This document shows, piece by piece, positions 1 through 10,363 of a stretch of 64,000 bases of DNA; position 1 is the first letter of the stretch, and every line of letters begins with the position of its first letter. The position numbers were made by a program, and so were the translations under genes. The DNA is taken from the NCBI GenBank assembly GCA_013334575.1, contig JAAXXG010000002.1:69377-133376 (forward strand), in the 5' to 3' direction. The notes beneath the pieces are model-generated. The model was not told the DNA's origin, did no database searches, and saw nothing but the letters and a program-made list of their open reading frames with translations. Origin of the DNA: Candidatus Moraniibacteriota bacterium. GTDB lineage: Bacteria > Patescibacteriota > Minisyncoccia > Moranbacterales > UBA1568.

Positions 1-409
1 CTCCTTCGATCGATACTTCCTGCTCATGGCCCTGTCGGGAATATCGCTCGGCATCTGCCTTACCGCCGAACGCGCCCTTCAGAAGATGACAGGGTTCTCG
101 GCTGGCACGCTCCTCTCGTGGTGGTCACAGAGCGCCTTCCTCGGGCTGACAACGCTCGCATACCGGGAAAAGGGTCCGTATTCCGCCATCGATATCTCCG
201 TGACCGGCATTCTCCGATTCCTGCAATCCCTTTCCTGGGTCATCCTCATCTTCGTCGTCGGAAATCTCAGTATCGTCTCGAGCATTACCACGTTCAAGGT
301 GGTGATCGTCTTCGTCTTCGCAGCCCTCTTTCTCGGCGAGCGGGACGACATTCGGAGAAAAATCATCGGCAGCCTCGTCGCCGTCGCCGGACTCCTGATG
401 ATGAAATAG
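1..409 (+). CDS. DMT/EamA-like transporter, C-terminal part (5' end outside window)
   Basis: ORF 26..409 is open to the window edge. Hydrophobic helices and an EamA-type C-terminus VVIVFVFAALFLGERDDIRRKIIGSLVAVAGLL. Confidence 0.45.
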   Translation, partial: SFDRYFLLMALSGISLGICLTAERALQKMTGFSAGTLLSWWSQSAFLGLTTLAYREKGPYSAIDISVTGILRFLQSLSWVILIFVVGNLSIVSSITTFKVVIVFVFAALFLGERDDIRRKIIGSLVAVAGLLMMK

Positions 410-423
410 GTCCGACAACCAGG

Positions 424-1542
424 TCACCTACCGATAATACAGTCGAGGGTCTCGCGAGCGCAGCGGTCCCAGGAAAATCCACGCACACGCTCGTACCCCT
501 TCGCCCGCAGGTCGTCACGGACCGACGCGTCGCCCCAGAGGAGCGAAAGTTTGCCGGCGATATCGTCCTCATCATGCGGATCGGCATAGAGCGCCGCCTC
601 GCCACCGACCTCCGGCAGGCTCGAGACGTTGCCGAGCAGGACCGGCGTTCCGGATGCCATGGCCTCGAGCGCAGGAAGCCCGAACCCCTCGTACAGGGAC
701 GGGAACGCGAACAGACGGGCATTCCGATACCATGTCGGCAATTCCGAAAACGGCACCTTTCCGGTCCGCACGATATCGCCGGAGAACGGACTCCGGTCCA
801 TTCTGGTTACGATGGAATCGGACAGCCAGGCGCGCTCACCGACGATCACCAGCTTCATCTCCGGATGATGCAGTTTCGCCTTCTCGAAGGCGCCGACAAG
901 CCGGATCAGGTTCTTCCGAGGCTGGATCGCACCGACATAGAGCGCATAGGAACCGGGTTCGAGCCCGTAGCGGGACAAGATCGCGTCCCGCTCGGATCGG
1001 GGCGGTTCGGCCTCGAAAAAACCGGCATTGACCCCGTGATGAACGACATGGATCCTGGTCTCGGAAAGATCCGGAAACGAGACGAGCAGGTCCCGCTTCG
1101 TCGCTTCGGAGACCGCGATGATCCGGGTCGCCTTCCGCACCGTCGCCCCGAGCAGCAGGTTGAGCTTCGCGCGGGAAGCCGCCGGGAACGTTCCCGGAAA
1201 ATGCCGAAAGGCGAGGTCGTGTACGGTCGCGACGATCTCGACTCCATCCGGGGTCGCGATCGGCACGGCCTGCAGCGGTATGAATACCCGATCGGGACGC
1301 AGACGGAACAGAGCCTTCGCGAACGCGGTCTGCATCCACATCCGATCACCCGGAAACGTCCGGATATCGTAGTTCGGAAAGAAAGGCGGCGTCAGCTCCG
1401 GATTGAATGCCTCGCGATGGCAGACGAGAAACATATCGTCCGGCGCGAGCGCGCCGAACCGCTTCAGCAGTTCCAGGAGATAGACCCGAGTCCCATCCAC
1501 CCGCGAGGCGTCCAGATCGGCAGCCTGTACCGCGATACGCAT
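424..1542 (-). CDS. glycosyltransferase family 1 (GT4-like)
   Basis: Only the C-terminal ~373 aa of the 734-aa ORF look real, starting [10 protein letters not shown] at rc ATG 1540-1542. GT1 C-domain motifs [23 protein letters not shown] are present. The upstream part of the ORF is Arg-rich compositional read-through. Confidence 0.75.
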   Translation of the reverse strand: MRIAVQAADLDASRVDGTRVYLLELLKRFGALAPDDMFLVCHREAFNPELTPPFFPNYDIRTFPGDRMWMQTAFAKALFRLRPDRVFIPLQAVPIATPDGVEIVATVHDLAFRHFPGTFPAASRAKLNLLLGATVRKATRIIAVSEATKRDLLVSFPDLSETRIHVVHHGVNAGFFEAEPPRSERDAILSRYGLEPGSYALYVGAIQPRKNLIRLVGAFEKAKLHHPEMKLVIVGERAWLSDSIVTRMDRSPFSGDIVRTGKVPFSELPTWYRNARLFAFPSLYEGFGLPALEAMASGTPVLLGNVSSLPEVGGEAALYADPHDEDDIAGKLSLLWGDASVRDDLRAKGYERVRGFSWDRCARETLDCIIGR

Positions 1543-1547
1543 ACGTG

Positions 1548-2258
1548 TCAGGAGATAAGAGTCCCGTCGAACGCTCCGCCCGAAAGGTACCGGGAAACGT
1601 TCCCGAGATCGGCACCCGAAAGGATCGCGACTTCCATCCGTTCCTCTTCCGCGAGCCGGGAGGCGATCGGATCGAACGGCGCGCTCATGCCCGGACTCCA
1701 GCGGTCGCCGACAAGCGCACGGAATTCCGCCCAGGTCATCCGTTCGTACCGCTTCGCGTCCGGATGTTCCCGTGGGTCCCGGTCGTATACGTGATCTATG
1801 TTCGAAAGGTTCACGATACGGCGCACGCCGAGATACTTCCCGAGCAGGGTCGCGTCGTAGTCGGTGGAGAATCCCGGCCGCCAGCCGGCCGCGACGAGAA
1901 CCGGATCCTTGGCGACATAGAAGTCCTCGAGATCGTGCGGATTGGTGTTGATGCGAGGATACGCGTGATCGCGAAGGATCGTCCGGAGCAGGTGCGCGTT
2001 GAGCCGCGTCGCGTGGATACCCATCCAATCGCGATCCTCGTCCGTGACCGGGAACGCTTCGGCCGCGGCATCGATATACGATCGTGCCGTCCGTCCGCCT
2101 CCGGTAACGATGATGAACCGCTTGCCGGCGGCCACCTCGTCGTCGATGAAGGACCGGAACGATTTCAGGAACTCGCGATCGATGCCGTCCGGCACGATAA
2201 GCGATCCGCCCAACGATATGATGACGCGGTCCGATTCCTGCATACTCGTACGGTTCAA
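1548..2258 (-). CDS. pyrH: UMP kinase
   Basis: Amino-acid kinase fold with IISLGGSLI and VTGGGRTARSY motifs. 236 aa. Stop abuts the GT gene. Confidence 0.8.
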   Translation of the reverse strand: MNRTSMQESDRVIISLGGSLIVPDGIDREFLKSFRSFIDDEVAAGKRFIIVTGGGRTARSYIDAAAEAFPVTDEDRDWMGIHATRLNAHLLRTILRDHAYPRINTNPHDLEDFYVAKDPVLVAAGWRPGFSTDYDATLLGKYLGVRRIVNLSNIDHVYDRDPREHPDAKRYERMTWAEFRALVGDRWSPGMSAPFDPIASRLAEEERMEVAILSGADLGNVSRYLSGGAFDGTLIS

Positions 2259-3506
2259 TTACGCCTTCTGGGCCAGGTACGACGGAAGATCCGAAAGCGG
2301 GACGTCGACAGCCGAGTCTTCCGTCCGGCGCTTCACCTCGGCCGTGCCGGATTCCGCGGCACGCTTCCCGATGACGACACGGTACGGGATACCGAGAAGA
2401 TCGCTCTCCGCGAACTTCTCGCCCGCTCGCAGGTCGCGATCGTCGTAGAGGACCTCGATTCCCGCTTCCGAGAAGGCGCGATAGGTCTCGTCGGCGAGGT
2501 CGTCCGCCCCGAGGGAAAGCAGGTGCACCCGGAAGGGTGCGACCGACCCCGGCCACACGAGCCCCTTTTCGTCGGCGAACAGTTCGGCTATGACTCCCAT
2601 CAGGCGACTGATCCCGATGCCGTAGCACCCCATGACGATCGACTGATTCTCCCCCTTCTCGTCGTTGAACGACACTCCCAGCGCGTCGGTATATTTCGAT
2701 TCCAGATGGAACGTATTTCCGACTTCGACCGCCTTTTTCGGGACGAGAGCGCTCCGGTCGAGTCCGAGTTTCTCGAGGTTCTCGTCCGTCAGTATCTCCT
2801 CGTTCACGGCAATTCCCTTCGATTCGTCGAGATAGATGACGTCCTCCCCGACCTCGGTCAGGGTCTGGAACTCGTCGCTGAACCGCGAAGTGAAGATCCC
2901 TCCGTCGGCATGCGTGCGGTACGTGATATCGCCGAGACCGAGCCGCCCGTAGACCCTGAAATAGGCCTCGACGATCCTTTCGTATTCGCGCTCGTGCTGT
3001 TCCTGGTCCCGACTGAACGAATACATGTCCTTCATCAGGAACTCGCGCCCCCGAAGCAGCCCGCTCTTCGCCCGCAGTTCGTTCCTGAACTTGTTCTGGA
3101 TCTGATAGACGGAAAAAGGAAAATCCCTGTATGAGCTGACGTACTCGCCTATCGCATCGACGATCGGTTCCTCGTGGGTCAGTCCGACACCGAGTTCGGC
3201 GCCGCTTACCAGTCTCGTTTTGAACCAGTTATCGACTTTGGAATCGTCCCACCGGTCGGTCTTCTCCCAGATATCCTTCGGCTGCAGCGTCGTCATCATC
3301 AGTTCCTGTCCGCCGACGGCGTTCATTTCCTCGCGCACGATCGCCTTGATCTTCTCGAGGACGCGCAACCCGAGCGGCAGGTACGCATATACCCCCGCCA
3401 TCTCCTTATGGATGAATCCAGCCCGGATGAGCAGCTGCGCGTTCCGGCTTTCCTCGTCCTTCGGCGTCTCCCGTCTCGCTTTCGTGAACAACTGGCTCTG
3501 TCGCAT
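2259..3506 (-). CDS. proS: prolyl-tRNA synthetase, short bacterial-type form lacking the editing insertion
   Basis: MRQSQLFTKARRETPKDEESRNAQLLIRAGFIHK, then KDMYSFS and GCYGIGISRL motifs. About 416 aa, shorter than the INS-containing ProRS. Confidence 0.85.
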   Translation of the reverse strand: MRQSQLFTKARRETPKDEESRNAQLLIRAGFIHKEMAGVYAYLPLGLRVLEKIKAIVREEMNAVGGQELMMTTLQPKDIWEKTDRWDDSKVDNWFKTRLVSGAELGVGLTHEEPIVDAIGEYVSSYRDFPFSVYQIQNKFRNELRAKSGLLRGREFLMKDMYSFSRDQEQHEREYERIVEAYFRVYGRLGLGDITYRTHADGGIFTSRFSDEFQTLTEVGEDVIYLDESKGIAVNEEILTDENLEKLGLDRSALVPKKAVEVGNTFHLESKYTDALGVSFNDEKGENQSIVMGCYGIGISRLMGVIAELFADEKGLVWPGSVAPFRVHLLSLGADDLADETYRAFSEAGIEVLYDDRDLRAGEKFAESDLLGIPYRVVIGKRAAESGTAEVKRRTEDSAVDVPLSDLPSYLAQKA

Positions 3507-3607
3507 AGTCGAAGCGGTTAGTATCGCGTCCATGATATCCCGGATACGCCGCTCCGTCAAAGCAAAACCGGCCCGACAAGCGGACCGGAATGCGGGACGC
3601 TCGCCCC

Positions 3608-4825
3608 CTAGAACCGGACCGGAATCGCAAGTTCCTTTCCATCCCGAAGAACGAGAAGCGATGCCTCGTCCCCCTTCGAATGCCCGCCGATCGCGACCGA
3701 AAGCGGATTGTCCAGATTGATTTCCTTCCCGTCCACCGCGATAACGATATCCCCGAAACGGAGCCCGGCCTTCGCAGCCGGAGATCCGGCGAGAACCGAA
3801 AGTCCGGTCTTTCCCGACGGCGAATAGATAAGCGCGCCGCGATCGCGGCCGGAAGCCCCATCCCCGACCGCCGAGGCCTTCGTGAGCGTAAGGTAATACG
3901 CGCCAAGCGAGGCGCGATCCGACAGTTTTCCGGCGACGGCAAGCGAAAGAGTGTCTCGGACGACGTTCGAAGGAAGCAGGAAATGCCGTTCCTTCCCGTC
4001 GAAGACGACGCTCCCGAACAGTCCGACCATCTCGCCGCGAAAATTCACCGCCGGACCGCCAAGATAGGGGCTGGGATCCGCTATGTCCGCTTCAAAAACG
4101 CCCTCCCATTTCTCGGACGAGGCCACGGTCTTCCCGGACAGGTTGAACAGCTTGTTCCGGTTCGAAAGCACGCCGATCGAAAACCGGTTCTGATATTCCT
4201 CGTACGCGTTCCCGATGGCGACGAGCTTCTTTCCCGGTGCCGAATCGTCGGAATTCGCGAGTGCGATCGCCGGAAATCCCGTTCCGTCGATACGAAGGAA
4301 CGAGAGGTTCGTCAGACGGTCGTACCCGAGAAACTTCGCTTCGTGATCGGAGCCGTCATAGAGAAGCACATGGAAAGACGATCCGGGATACGGAACCTGA
4401 GCGGACTCCGAGGGGACGTCGTCCCGCTGGGAAGGGTCGCCGTACGTCGCGACGACGCCGTCGTTCGTAAGGATGACACCGGTACGGCTGCGCGACTCAC
4501 GGACGGACGAAGAAGTGCCGTTCGGGAGTGATATGACGATATTGACCACCGCCGTCGCGGGCTGCGAAACGATCGTCTCCACGGAATCGTCTTCGCGGAC
4601 GACCATCTGTTCCTTGCGCTCGATGACCATGGTGCTCCCGGCGACGTCCCGAAACAGCTCCATGCGCGACAGTCCCGGAAACGACGCGACCAGGGACGGC
4701 ACGACGTGTCCGCGAAAATAGACACCGCCCGATCCGCCGATCACGAACACCGAGACGACGAACGCGAGCCATTTCGCGAGCGTCTTCAATTTCTCCTTCC
4801 CGAACATGTTCCGTATCTTTCCCAT
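3608..4825 (-). CDS. HtrA/DegP-like trypsin-fold protein with PDZ domain, predicted catalytically inactive
   Basis: N-terminal TM helix, an S1C-like core (VAIGNAYEE, YDRLTNLSFLRIDG) and a C-terminal PDZ-like part (GLRFGDIVIAVDGKEI). Triad positions read TNDGVV (His>Gly), NLSFLRI (Asp>Asn) and PYLGGP (Ser>Leu). Confidence 0.6.
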   Translation of the reverse strand: MGKIRNMFGKEKLKTLAKWLAFVVSVFVIGGSGGVYFRGHVVPSLVASFPGLSRMELFRDVAGSTMVIERKEQMVVREDDSVETIVSQPATAVVNIVISLPNGTSSSVRESRSRTGVILTNDGVVATYGDPSQRDDVPSESAQVPYPGSSFHVLLYDGSDHEAKFLGYDRLTNLSFLRIDGTGFPAIALANSDDSAPGKKLVAIGNAYEEYQNRFSIGVLSNRNKLFNLSGKTVASSEKWEGVFEADIADPSPYLGGPAVNFRGEMVGLFGSVVFDGKERHFLLPSNVVRDTLSLAVAGKLSDRASLGAYYLTLTKASAVGDGASGRDRGALIYSPSGKTGLSVLAGSPAAKAGLRFGDIVIAVDGKEINLDNPLSVAIGGHSKGDEASLLVLRDGKELAIPVRF

Positions 4826-4909
4826 AGTCGGAGATATTCTCTTATGATCCGTGAAGCACACCATCCGGAATACCATACCGGAAGCGTTCCGGCAAGGGTC
4901 CGATGCCGT

Positions 4910-5725
4910 TCAGACCTGCAGCGTCCACGGCGACGTCGCGAGCAGGAGCGCGATAAGCAGGAACGACAGGCCGAGGTACCAGAGTGTCCGCTTCCGGGAA
5001 ATGTCTCCGGAAAACAGCGAGTTCGCCATGTCCCAAAGGATATAGAACGCCAGCAGCGACGCGGCTCCGGTCACGAGGTACCCGAACGGCCAAAAAGACA
5101 CGATCCAGGCGATTTCGCCGATTCCGAAAGCGATGATCGAGGAATAAAGCGCCACCCGACTCCGGTCTCCGGGAAGCGAAAGGGAGAGCGTCTGATAGGC
5201 AGCGCCGAACGAACCCAGCGCGAACGAGACGACGAGCGATGCGAGCGGGACGGCAAAGTTCAGATAAAACCCGAAGGCTGCCGCGAAAAAGAAGAACAAG
5301 GCGGACAGCATCGAGACCGCGAGAAAGGTCGCCGCGGTACGGTCCTTGGGCGCGAACCGCATACGGTAGAGCCCCAGGAACGCGACGTAATAGACGCCGG
5401 TCGCGATAACGGAGAATGCGAGTTTCTCCGACGGATCGTCGACGAGCGACAGGAGCGACGGGGCCGAGAACGATATAAGCAGCGGAACGAAGCCGTTCCG
5501 ATACCGTTTCGTTATCCTTTTCGCCGATACGAGCGACAGGACCGAGAGGAACAGGATCGAAAAGACGTATCCGACCCAGAACGAATCGTATTCCCGCGCC
5601 GCAACGAACTGCATTCCGAGGAAGAACGCGACCGACCAGAAAAAGACGGTGAAGTGGAAAATCATATCGTTTCGGAGATATCGGTAGCGTAGCAGGGAGC
5701 CATGAAGGAAGCAAGCCGATAACAA
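4910..5725 (-). CDS. polytopic integral membrane protein, unknown function
   Basis: 271-aa ORF with about 7 hydrophobic helices. No recognisable motifs. Confidence 0.45.
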   Translation of the reverse strand: MLSACFLHGSLLRYRYLRNDMIFHFTVFFWSVAFFLGMQFVAAREYDSFWVGYVFSILFLSVLSLVSAKRITKRYRNGFVPLLISFSAPSLLSLVDDPSEKLAFSVIATGVYYVAFLGLYRMRFAPKDRTAATFLAVSMLSALFFFFAAAFGFYLNFAVPLASLVVSFALGSFGAAYQTLSLSLPGDRSRVALYSSIIAFGIGEIAWIVSFWPFGYLVTGAASLLAFYILWDMANSLFSGDISRKRTLWYLGLSFLLIALLLATSPWTLQV

Positions 5726-5834
5726 TAGATCGAATCGAACACGGCAAACAAAACGGCGTCATCAGGGCATAACAAAAGGCTCATGCGACCGAAGTCACAT
5801 GAGCCAACACCTATTCGGTATCTTCTCTTCGTCA

Positions 5835-6662
5835 TCAGGCGAATGCCTTCTTTATCCCCCGCACCTCCCTCAGAAGATCTTTCCTTTCCGGAAGAAATCG
5901 TCGGATAACATTCTCGGCATCGGAAAGATAGAGGTTTTCGATATTCATACGTACCACCTCGATGACGACATCGGGGTGATTCGCGCCCAGAGCTGCGGCC
6001 TGATCGTAATGCCGATCGTACAAGAGCTTCCGTAAGTAGACGCGAATATATGCCTCATTCGGCTCGTCATATTCTCTCGCAAGTTCGATCTTCCGCACCA
6101 AGCCGACTTCCTCGTCACGCAACACCTCCTTTGCCAGCTCACGTTTCTGATCCTCGGTAATCGTGAACTTCGTACTCTTCCGAAGAGGATCCCAGTAAGA
6201 ATCCGCCTGAAGAAGGTTTTTATATATCAGTTTCTCGATATCGATGCGGACTTTCGCATCACTGATATATTTTCCGACCCAGTCGAGTTCCGCCGGTGTT
6301 ACGATCATACGTCTCCGTCTCCGTTCTTCGCAGAAATCCCGGAAGCTTTCGAACATTTCCCCATCATTCGTTAAAGATAGGGCATCGGGGCAAAGCGCAA
6401 TGATACTATCCAGCACCTCCAGCTTTTGAAACTCAAAAGCCCCCTTTCTCGAAACGATATACAGGAACGCTTCCTTGGTCAGTTCCCGAAGTTTGCCTCC
6501 GCTCAGGTCATTCTTAAGTACCTTTAAGCGAATCCACGGGTTACGAACGTTTTCGATCAGTGACATGATTCCCCCTTGCGATTTGAGTCCGTCGACTTGT
6601 TTGTTGGCAAAGAAAAGCCCTTGACGGCTTACTACTTTCATGAGCAGCATTCCCGATGCCAT
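5835..6662 (-). CDS. hypothetical protein
   Basis: 275-aa ORF with coding-like composition. Preceded by an AT-rich intergenic region 6663-6860. Confidence 0.4.
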   Translation of the reverse strand: MASGMLLMKVVSRQGLFFANKQVDGLKSQGGIMSLIENVRNPWIRLKVLKNDLSGGKLRELTKEAFLYIVSRKGAFEFQKLEVLDSIIALCPDALSLTNDGEMFESFRDFCEERRRRRMIVTPAELDWVGKYISDAKVRIDIEKLIYKNLLQADSYWDPLRKSTKFTITEDQKRELAKEVLRDEEVGLVRKIELAREYDEPNEAYIRVYLRKLLYDRHYDQAAALGANHPDVVIEVVRMNIENLYLSDAENVIRRFLPERKDLLREVRGIKKAFA

Positions 6663-6857
6663 AAATTCTGATATCGCAAATACTGCCCAAGAAATAACAG
6701 GACAATCTTAACGAACAAGATAAATATTTTAGCATTATTTATAATTTTAGTCAATTACTTGCACATTCATAGAAAAATCAGGGCTTGTACAAGCCCTGAT
6801 TTTTCAGAAAGCGCATTTCGGAAAAATTGCCGCTGTACACCAACCGACAACAATCAT

Positions 6858-9503
6858 TTATTTATCTGCTGTTTTCTGTCTCTTCTTCGCCGCCCCGAAC
6901 GAGAACCCTTCCTTTCCGGCATCCACCTCGATGCCCGCGGCCGGAACCTTCCCTTCGATGACCTCGAGCGCCAGCGGGTCGAGGATATCGCCCTGAATCA
7001 CGCGTCGCAGCGGCCGCGCCCCATAGAACGGGTCGAACCCCTTCTCGGCAAGACGCTTGCGGGCCGCATCCGTGAACGTGACGGCGATCTCCTTCGCAGC
7101 GAGCCGTTCGGCCACCTTCGCGAGCTCGAGATCCACGATCTTCCGGATGATATCGCGTCCGAGCGGATGGAAGATGACGATCTCATCGATACGGTTGAGG
7201 AACTCCGGACGGAAGGTTTCCCGGAGGCTCGACATCACCTTGGTACGGATCGCCTCCTCGGAAAGCTCCTCCTCTCCCTTCTTCGGTTTCTCCTCGCTGA
7301 ACCCGAGCCGCTCCGCCCTCGTAAGGGTCTCGGACCCGACATTCGACGTCATGATGATGACCGTATTCTTGAACGATACCGTCCGCCCCTTCGCATCGGT
7401 CAGTCGTCCGTCGTCGAGGATCTGCAGCAGGATATTGAACACGTCGGGATGCGCCTTCTCGATCTCGTCGAAGAGGATCACGGCATACGGCCGGCGGCGG
7501 ACCTTCTCGGTGAGCTGCCCGCCCTCGTCGTAACCGACGTATCCCGGCGGCGACCCGATGAGCTTCGCGGTCGAATGGGATTCCATGTACTCGCTCATGT
7601 CCACGCGCACGAGCGCCCGCTCGTCGTCGAACAGGAATCCGGCAAGCGCCTTCGCGAGTTCGGTCTTACCGACGCCCGTCGTGCCCAGAAAGATGAAGGA
7701 GCCGATGGGGCGCCCCTCCTCGGAAAGTCCGGCCCGAGACCGACGAATGGCGTTCGAAACCGCCTGGATCGCCTCGTCCTGCCCCACGACACGTCTCTCG
7801 AGTTCCCGCTCCATATGAACGAGCTTCTTCGCCTCGGTCTCGAGCATCTTGGAGACGGGAACGCCGGTCCACTTGGATACGACCGCCGCGACGTCTTCCT
7901 CGGTGATCTCCTCCTTGAGGATGGAGCCCGCCTGCTGAAGCTTCGTCAGTTTCTTCTCCTCGGCCGCGAGCGCCTTCTGGATCTCGGGAATCTTCCCGTA
8001 CCGGATCTCGGCGACGCGGTCGAGTTCCCCGCGTCGCTCGGCCATATCGGCTTCCGATTTCAGCCGATCGATATCGGCCTTGTGCGCCCGCAGGCCCGCG
8101 ATCAGATTCCGCTCCCCCTTCCACTGGAGCGAGAGCTTACCCGACTTCTCGCGCAGGTCCGCAAGTTCGCGGTCGAGTTCCGCGACCTTCTTCCCGGACT
8201 TCTCGTCCGAGTCCTTTTCGAGAGCGCGCTTCTCGATCTCCATCCGGCGGATGTTCCGTTCAAGCGTATCGAGTTCGGTCGGCAGCGAATCGATCTCCAT
8301 GCGGCGCAGCGATGCGGCCTCGTCCACGAGGTCGATCGCCTTGTCCGGCAGGAACCGATCGGAAATATACCGCCGGGAAAGCCGCACCGCCGCGACGATC
8401 GCGTCGTCCGTAATGCGGACCCCATGATGCAACTCGTACTTCTCCTTGATGCCGCGCAGGATCGCGATCGCGTCCTCCTCGGACGGTTCGGATACGAAGA
8501 CCGGCTGAAACCGCCGCTCGAACGCCGCGTCCTTCTCGATGTATTTCTGGTATTCCTTGAGGGTCGTGGCGCCGATCGTCCGCAGCTTTCCGCGAGCCAA
8601 AGCGGGTTTGAGCATGTTCGACGCGTCGAGCGTGCCCTCGGTCGCGCCCGCTCCGACGAGCGTATGGATCTCGTCGATGAACAGGATGAACCGGTCGGCG
8701 GAGCGTTCCACCTCCTTCAGGACCGCCTTCAGGCGCTCCTCAAACTCGCCGCGGAACTTAGCACCCGCCAGAAGCGCCCCGAGGTCGAGCGAGATGATCT
8801 CGCGGCCCGTGAGATTCTCCGGCACGTCGCCCGAGACGATCCGCTGCGCGAGCCCCTCGGCGATCGCCGTCTTGCCGGTCCCGGCCTCACCGATCAGGAC
8901 CGGATTGTTCTTCGTCCGGCGCGACAGGACCTGCATCACCCGGCGGATCTCCTCGTCGCGGCCGATAACCGGATCGAGTTTCTCCTCGCGAGCGAGCTTG
9001 GTCAGGTTCACCGCATACTTGTCGAGCGCCTGATACGACGCTTCCGGATTGTCGCTCTCGACACGCGCACCGCCGCGTATTCCCGAGAGCGCCCGGAGAA
9101 CCTTGTCCCGGTCGGCACCGGAACGTTCCAATATCTTTTTCGCCTCGCTCTCGACCGACAGGAGTCCGAGCAGCAGGTGCTCGGTCGAGACGAACGAGTC
9201 TCCCATCGCTTTCATCTCCTTCTCGGCCGCATCGAAGGTCTTCGCGAGCGCCGGCGTAAGATAGAGTTGCGGACCGGTCGACCCCTTCGGGAACGCATCG
9301 ATCACCGAAAGCGTCGCGCCCTTGAGCGCGGAGAGGTCCGCTCCGGCCTGCGAGAGCGCGACCGGAACGACCGAATCCTCCTGAAGGAGAAGCGCGTAGA
9401 GCAGGTGCTCCGGACGAAACTCGGCGTTCCCCCGCGAAAGCGCGTTCTCCTGCGCGTTACGCAGCGCCTCCTGGCTCTTCTGCGTGAAATTGCTGATATT
9501 CAT
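6858..9503 (-). CDS. clpB: ATP-dependent chaperone ClpB
   Basis: 881 aa. Clp N-domain, two AAA+ modules ([25 protein letters not shown]) and a long middle coiled-coil typical of ClpB. Confidence 0.9.
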   Translation of the reverse strand: MNISNFTQKSQEALRNAQENALSRGNAEFRPEHLLYALLLQEDSVVPVALSQAGADLSALKGATLSVIDAFPKGSTGPQLYLTPALAKTFDAAEKEMKAMGDSFVSTEHLLLGLLSVESEAKKILERSGADRDKVLRALSGIRGGARVESDNPEASYQALDKYAVNLTKLAREEKLDPVIGRDEEIRRVMQVLSRRTKNNPVLIGEAGTGKTAIAEGLAQRIVSGDVPENLTGREIISLDLGALLAGAKFRGEFEERLKAVLKEVERSADRFILFIDEIHTLVGAGATEGTLDASNMLKPALARGKLRTIGATTLKEYQKYIEKDAAFERRFQPVFVSEPSEEDAIAILRGIKEKYELHHGVRITDDAIVAAVRLSRRYISDRFLPDKAIDLVDEAASLRRMEIDSLPTELDTLERNIRRMEIEKRALEKDSDEKSGKKVAELDRELADLREKSGKLSLQWKGERNLIAGLRAHKADIDRLKSEADMAERRGELDRVAEIRYGKIPEIQKALAAEEKKLTKLQQAGSILKEEITEEDVAAVVSKWTGVPVSKMLETEAKKLVHMERELERRVVGQDEAIQAVSNAIRRSRAGLSEEGRPIGSFIFLGTTGVGKTELAKALAGFLFDDERALVRVDMSEYMESHSTAKLIGSPPGYVGYDEGGQLTEKVRRRPYAVILFDEIEKAHPDVFNILLQILDDGRLTDAKGRTVSFKNTVIIMTSNVGSETLTRAERLGFSEEKPKKGEEELSEEAIRTKVMSSLRETFRPEFLNRIDEIVIFHPLGRDIIRKIVDLELAKVAERLAAKEIAVTFTDAARKRLAEKGFDPFYGARPLRRVIQGDILDPLALEVIEGKVPAAGIEVDAGKEGFSFGAAKKRQKTADK

Positions 9504-9617
9504 AGCCGTGAAGAATCAAGGATTACGAACCGGGAACGAAAGCCTCCATTCCGTATGATTCTCGCTTCCCTTTTTCCCGATCCTTCTTCGGCTCCATTCT
9601 ATACCGAAAAACAAAAA

Positions 9618-9644
9618 TTAGCAATCTCATATAGAGAGTGCTAA
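9618..9644 (-). promoter_or_regulatory. CIRCE-like inverted repeat (HrcA operator) upstream of clpB
   Basis: TTAGCAATC-N9-GAGTGCTAA about 115 bp upstream of the clpB start. One mismatch to the CIRCE consensus TTAGCACTC-N9-GAGTGCTAA. Confidence 0.7.
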
Positions 9645-9850
9645 TCCCGTCAATCCGATCTGCGCGATACATTTTACGGAAATTTACTTTCCCAAGCGAT
9701 TCTTCTGCCTGAATTTCCGCCCCATATCCTCACGTTCTATATTTCCAAAATCGAACGGATGTCTCGTATCGAACGATTCTTGACAGGCGAAGCAGGATGG
9801 CCGAGGATGCGAATGAACGTCTTCGCTCACCTTAAAAACAAGGAGTCCTT

Positions 9851-10300
9851 ATGCTGACACCGGTTAACTTCCAGAATGATCCGCTTCGTCACGCGAAACG
9901 GAGTCTCAGGCTGATTTCCGTTCTGCTTCTCATTCCGATTCTCATTCCAGCCATCTGTTGGATGCTCCCAAAAGGGGCACAGCGTTCCATATCGGCATCC
10001 GCCGATAGATTGGCCTCGTTTCTCGACGGAAATGAGTATCTGATGTATGAAATAACCGCCACTTTCCTGCTTTTCGTTTTCGTTTTCTTCGCCTTACGCA
10101 TCGTCACCGAACTCATCACGACCATCTCCCGCCATTTACTTGAAAGATTCCGCAACGAAACGACCGAGGGCAGGATATTCCGCTTTCATCCCGTACTCAC
10201 GCTCACCTTGACGTTCCTCGCGACCATTTTTTTTCTTTTCACGGAATGGGGGCGGAACTCCATCCTGTTCCTTGCTAACATACTCTTTCTCTCGAACTAG
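9851..10300 (+). CDS. hypothetical small membrane protein
   Basis: AAGGAG about 7 nt upstream of the ATG. 149 aa with 3-4 hydrophobic segments. Confidence 0.4.
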   Translation: MLTPVNFQNDPLRHAKRSLRLISVLLLIPILIPAICWMLPKGAQRSISASADRLASFLDGNEYLMYEITATFLLFVFVFFALRIVTELITTISRHLLERFRNETTEGRIFRFHPVLTLTLTFLATIFFLFTEWGRNSILFLANILFLSN

Positions 10301-10363
10301 CGAGCCGAAAGAACAAAAAAAGGCATGTAACCATGCCTTTTTTTATTTTCGAATCCGTATCCG

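Noticed and set aside
118-1794. 558-aa plus-strand ORF and several 80-170-aa ORFs in 100-1400
   Set aside because: Arg/Pro-rich, low-complexity translations antisense to the glycosyltransferase and pyrH genes. Compositional artefact.
424-2628. 734-aa ORF on the minus strand spanning the pyrH region
   Set aside because: Only the last ~373 aa (glycosyltransferase) are convincing. The N-terminal 360 aa are extremely Arg/Gly-rich, overlap the real pyrH gene in another frame, and are typical high-GC read-through.
6759-9644. 961-aa plus-strand ORF
   Set aside because: Antisense to clpB with an Arg/Leu/Asp-rich composition. clpB on the minus strand has complete AAA+ motifs.
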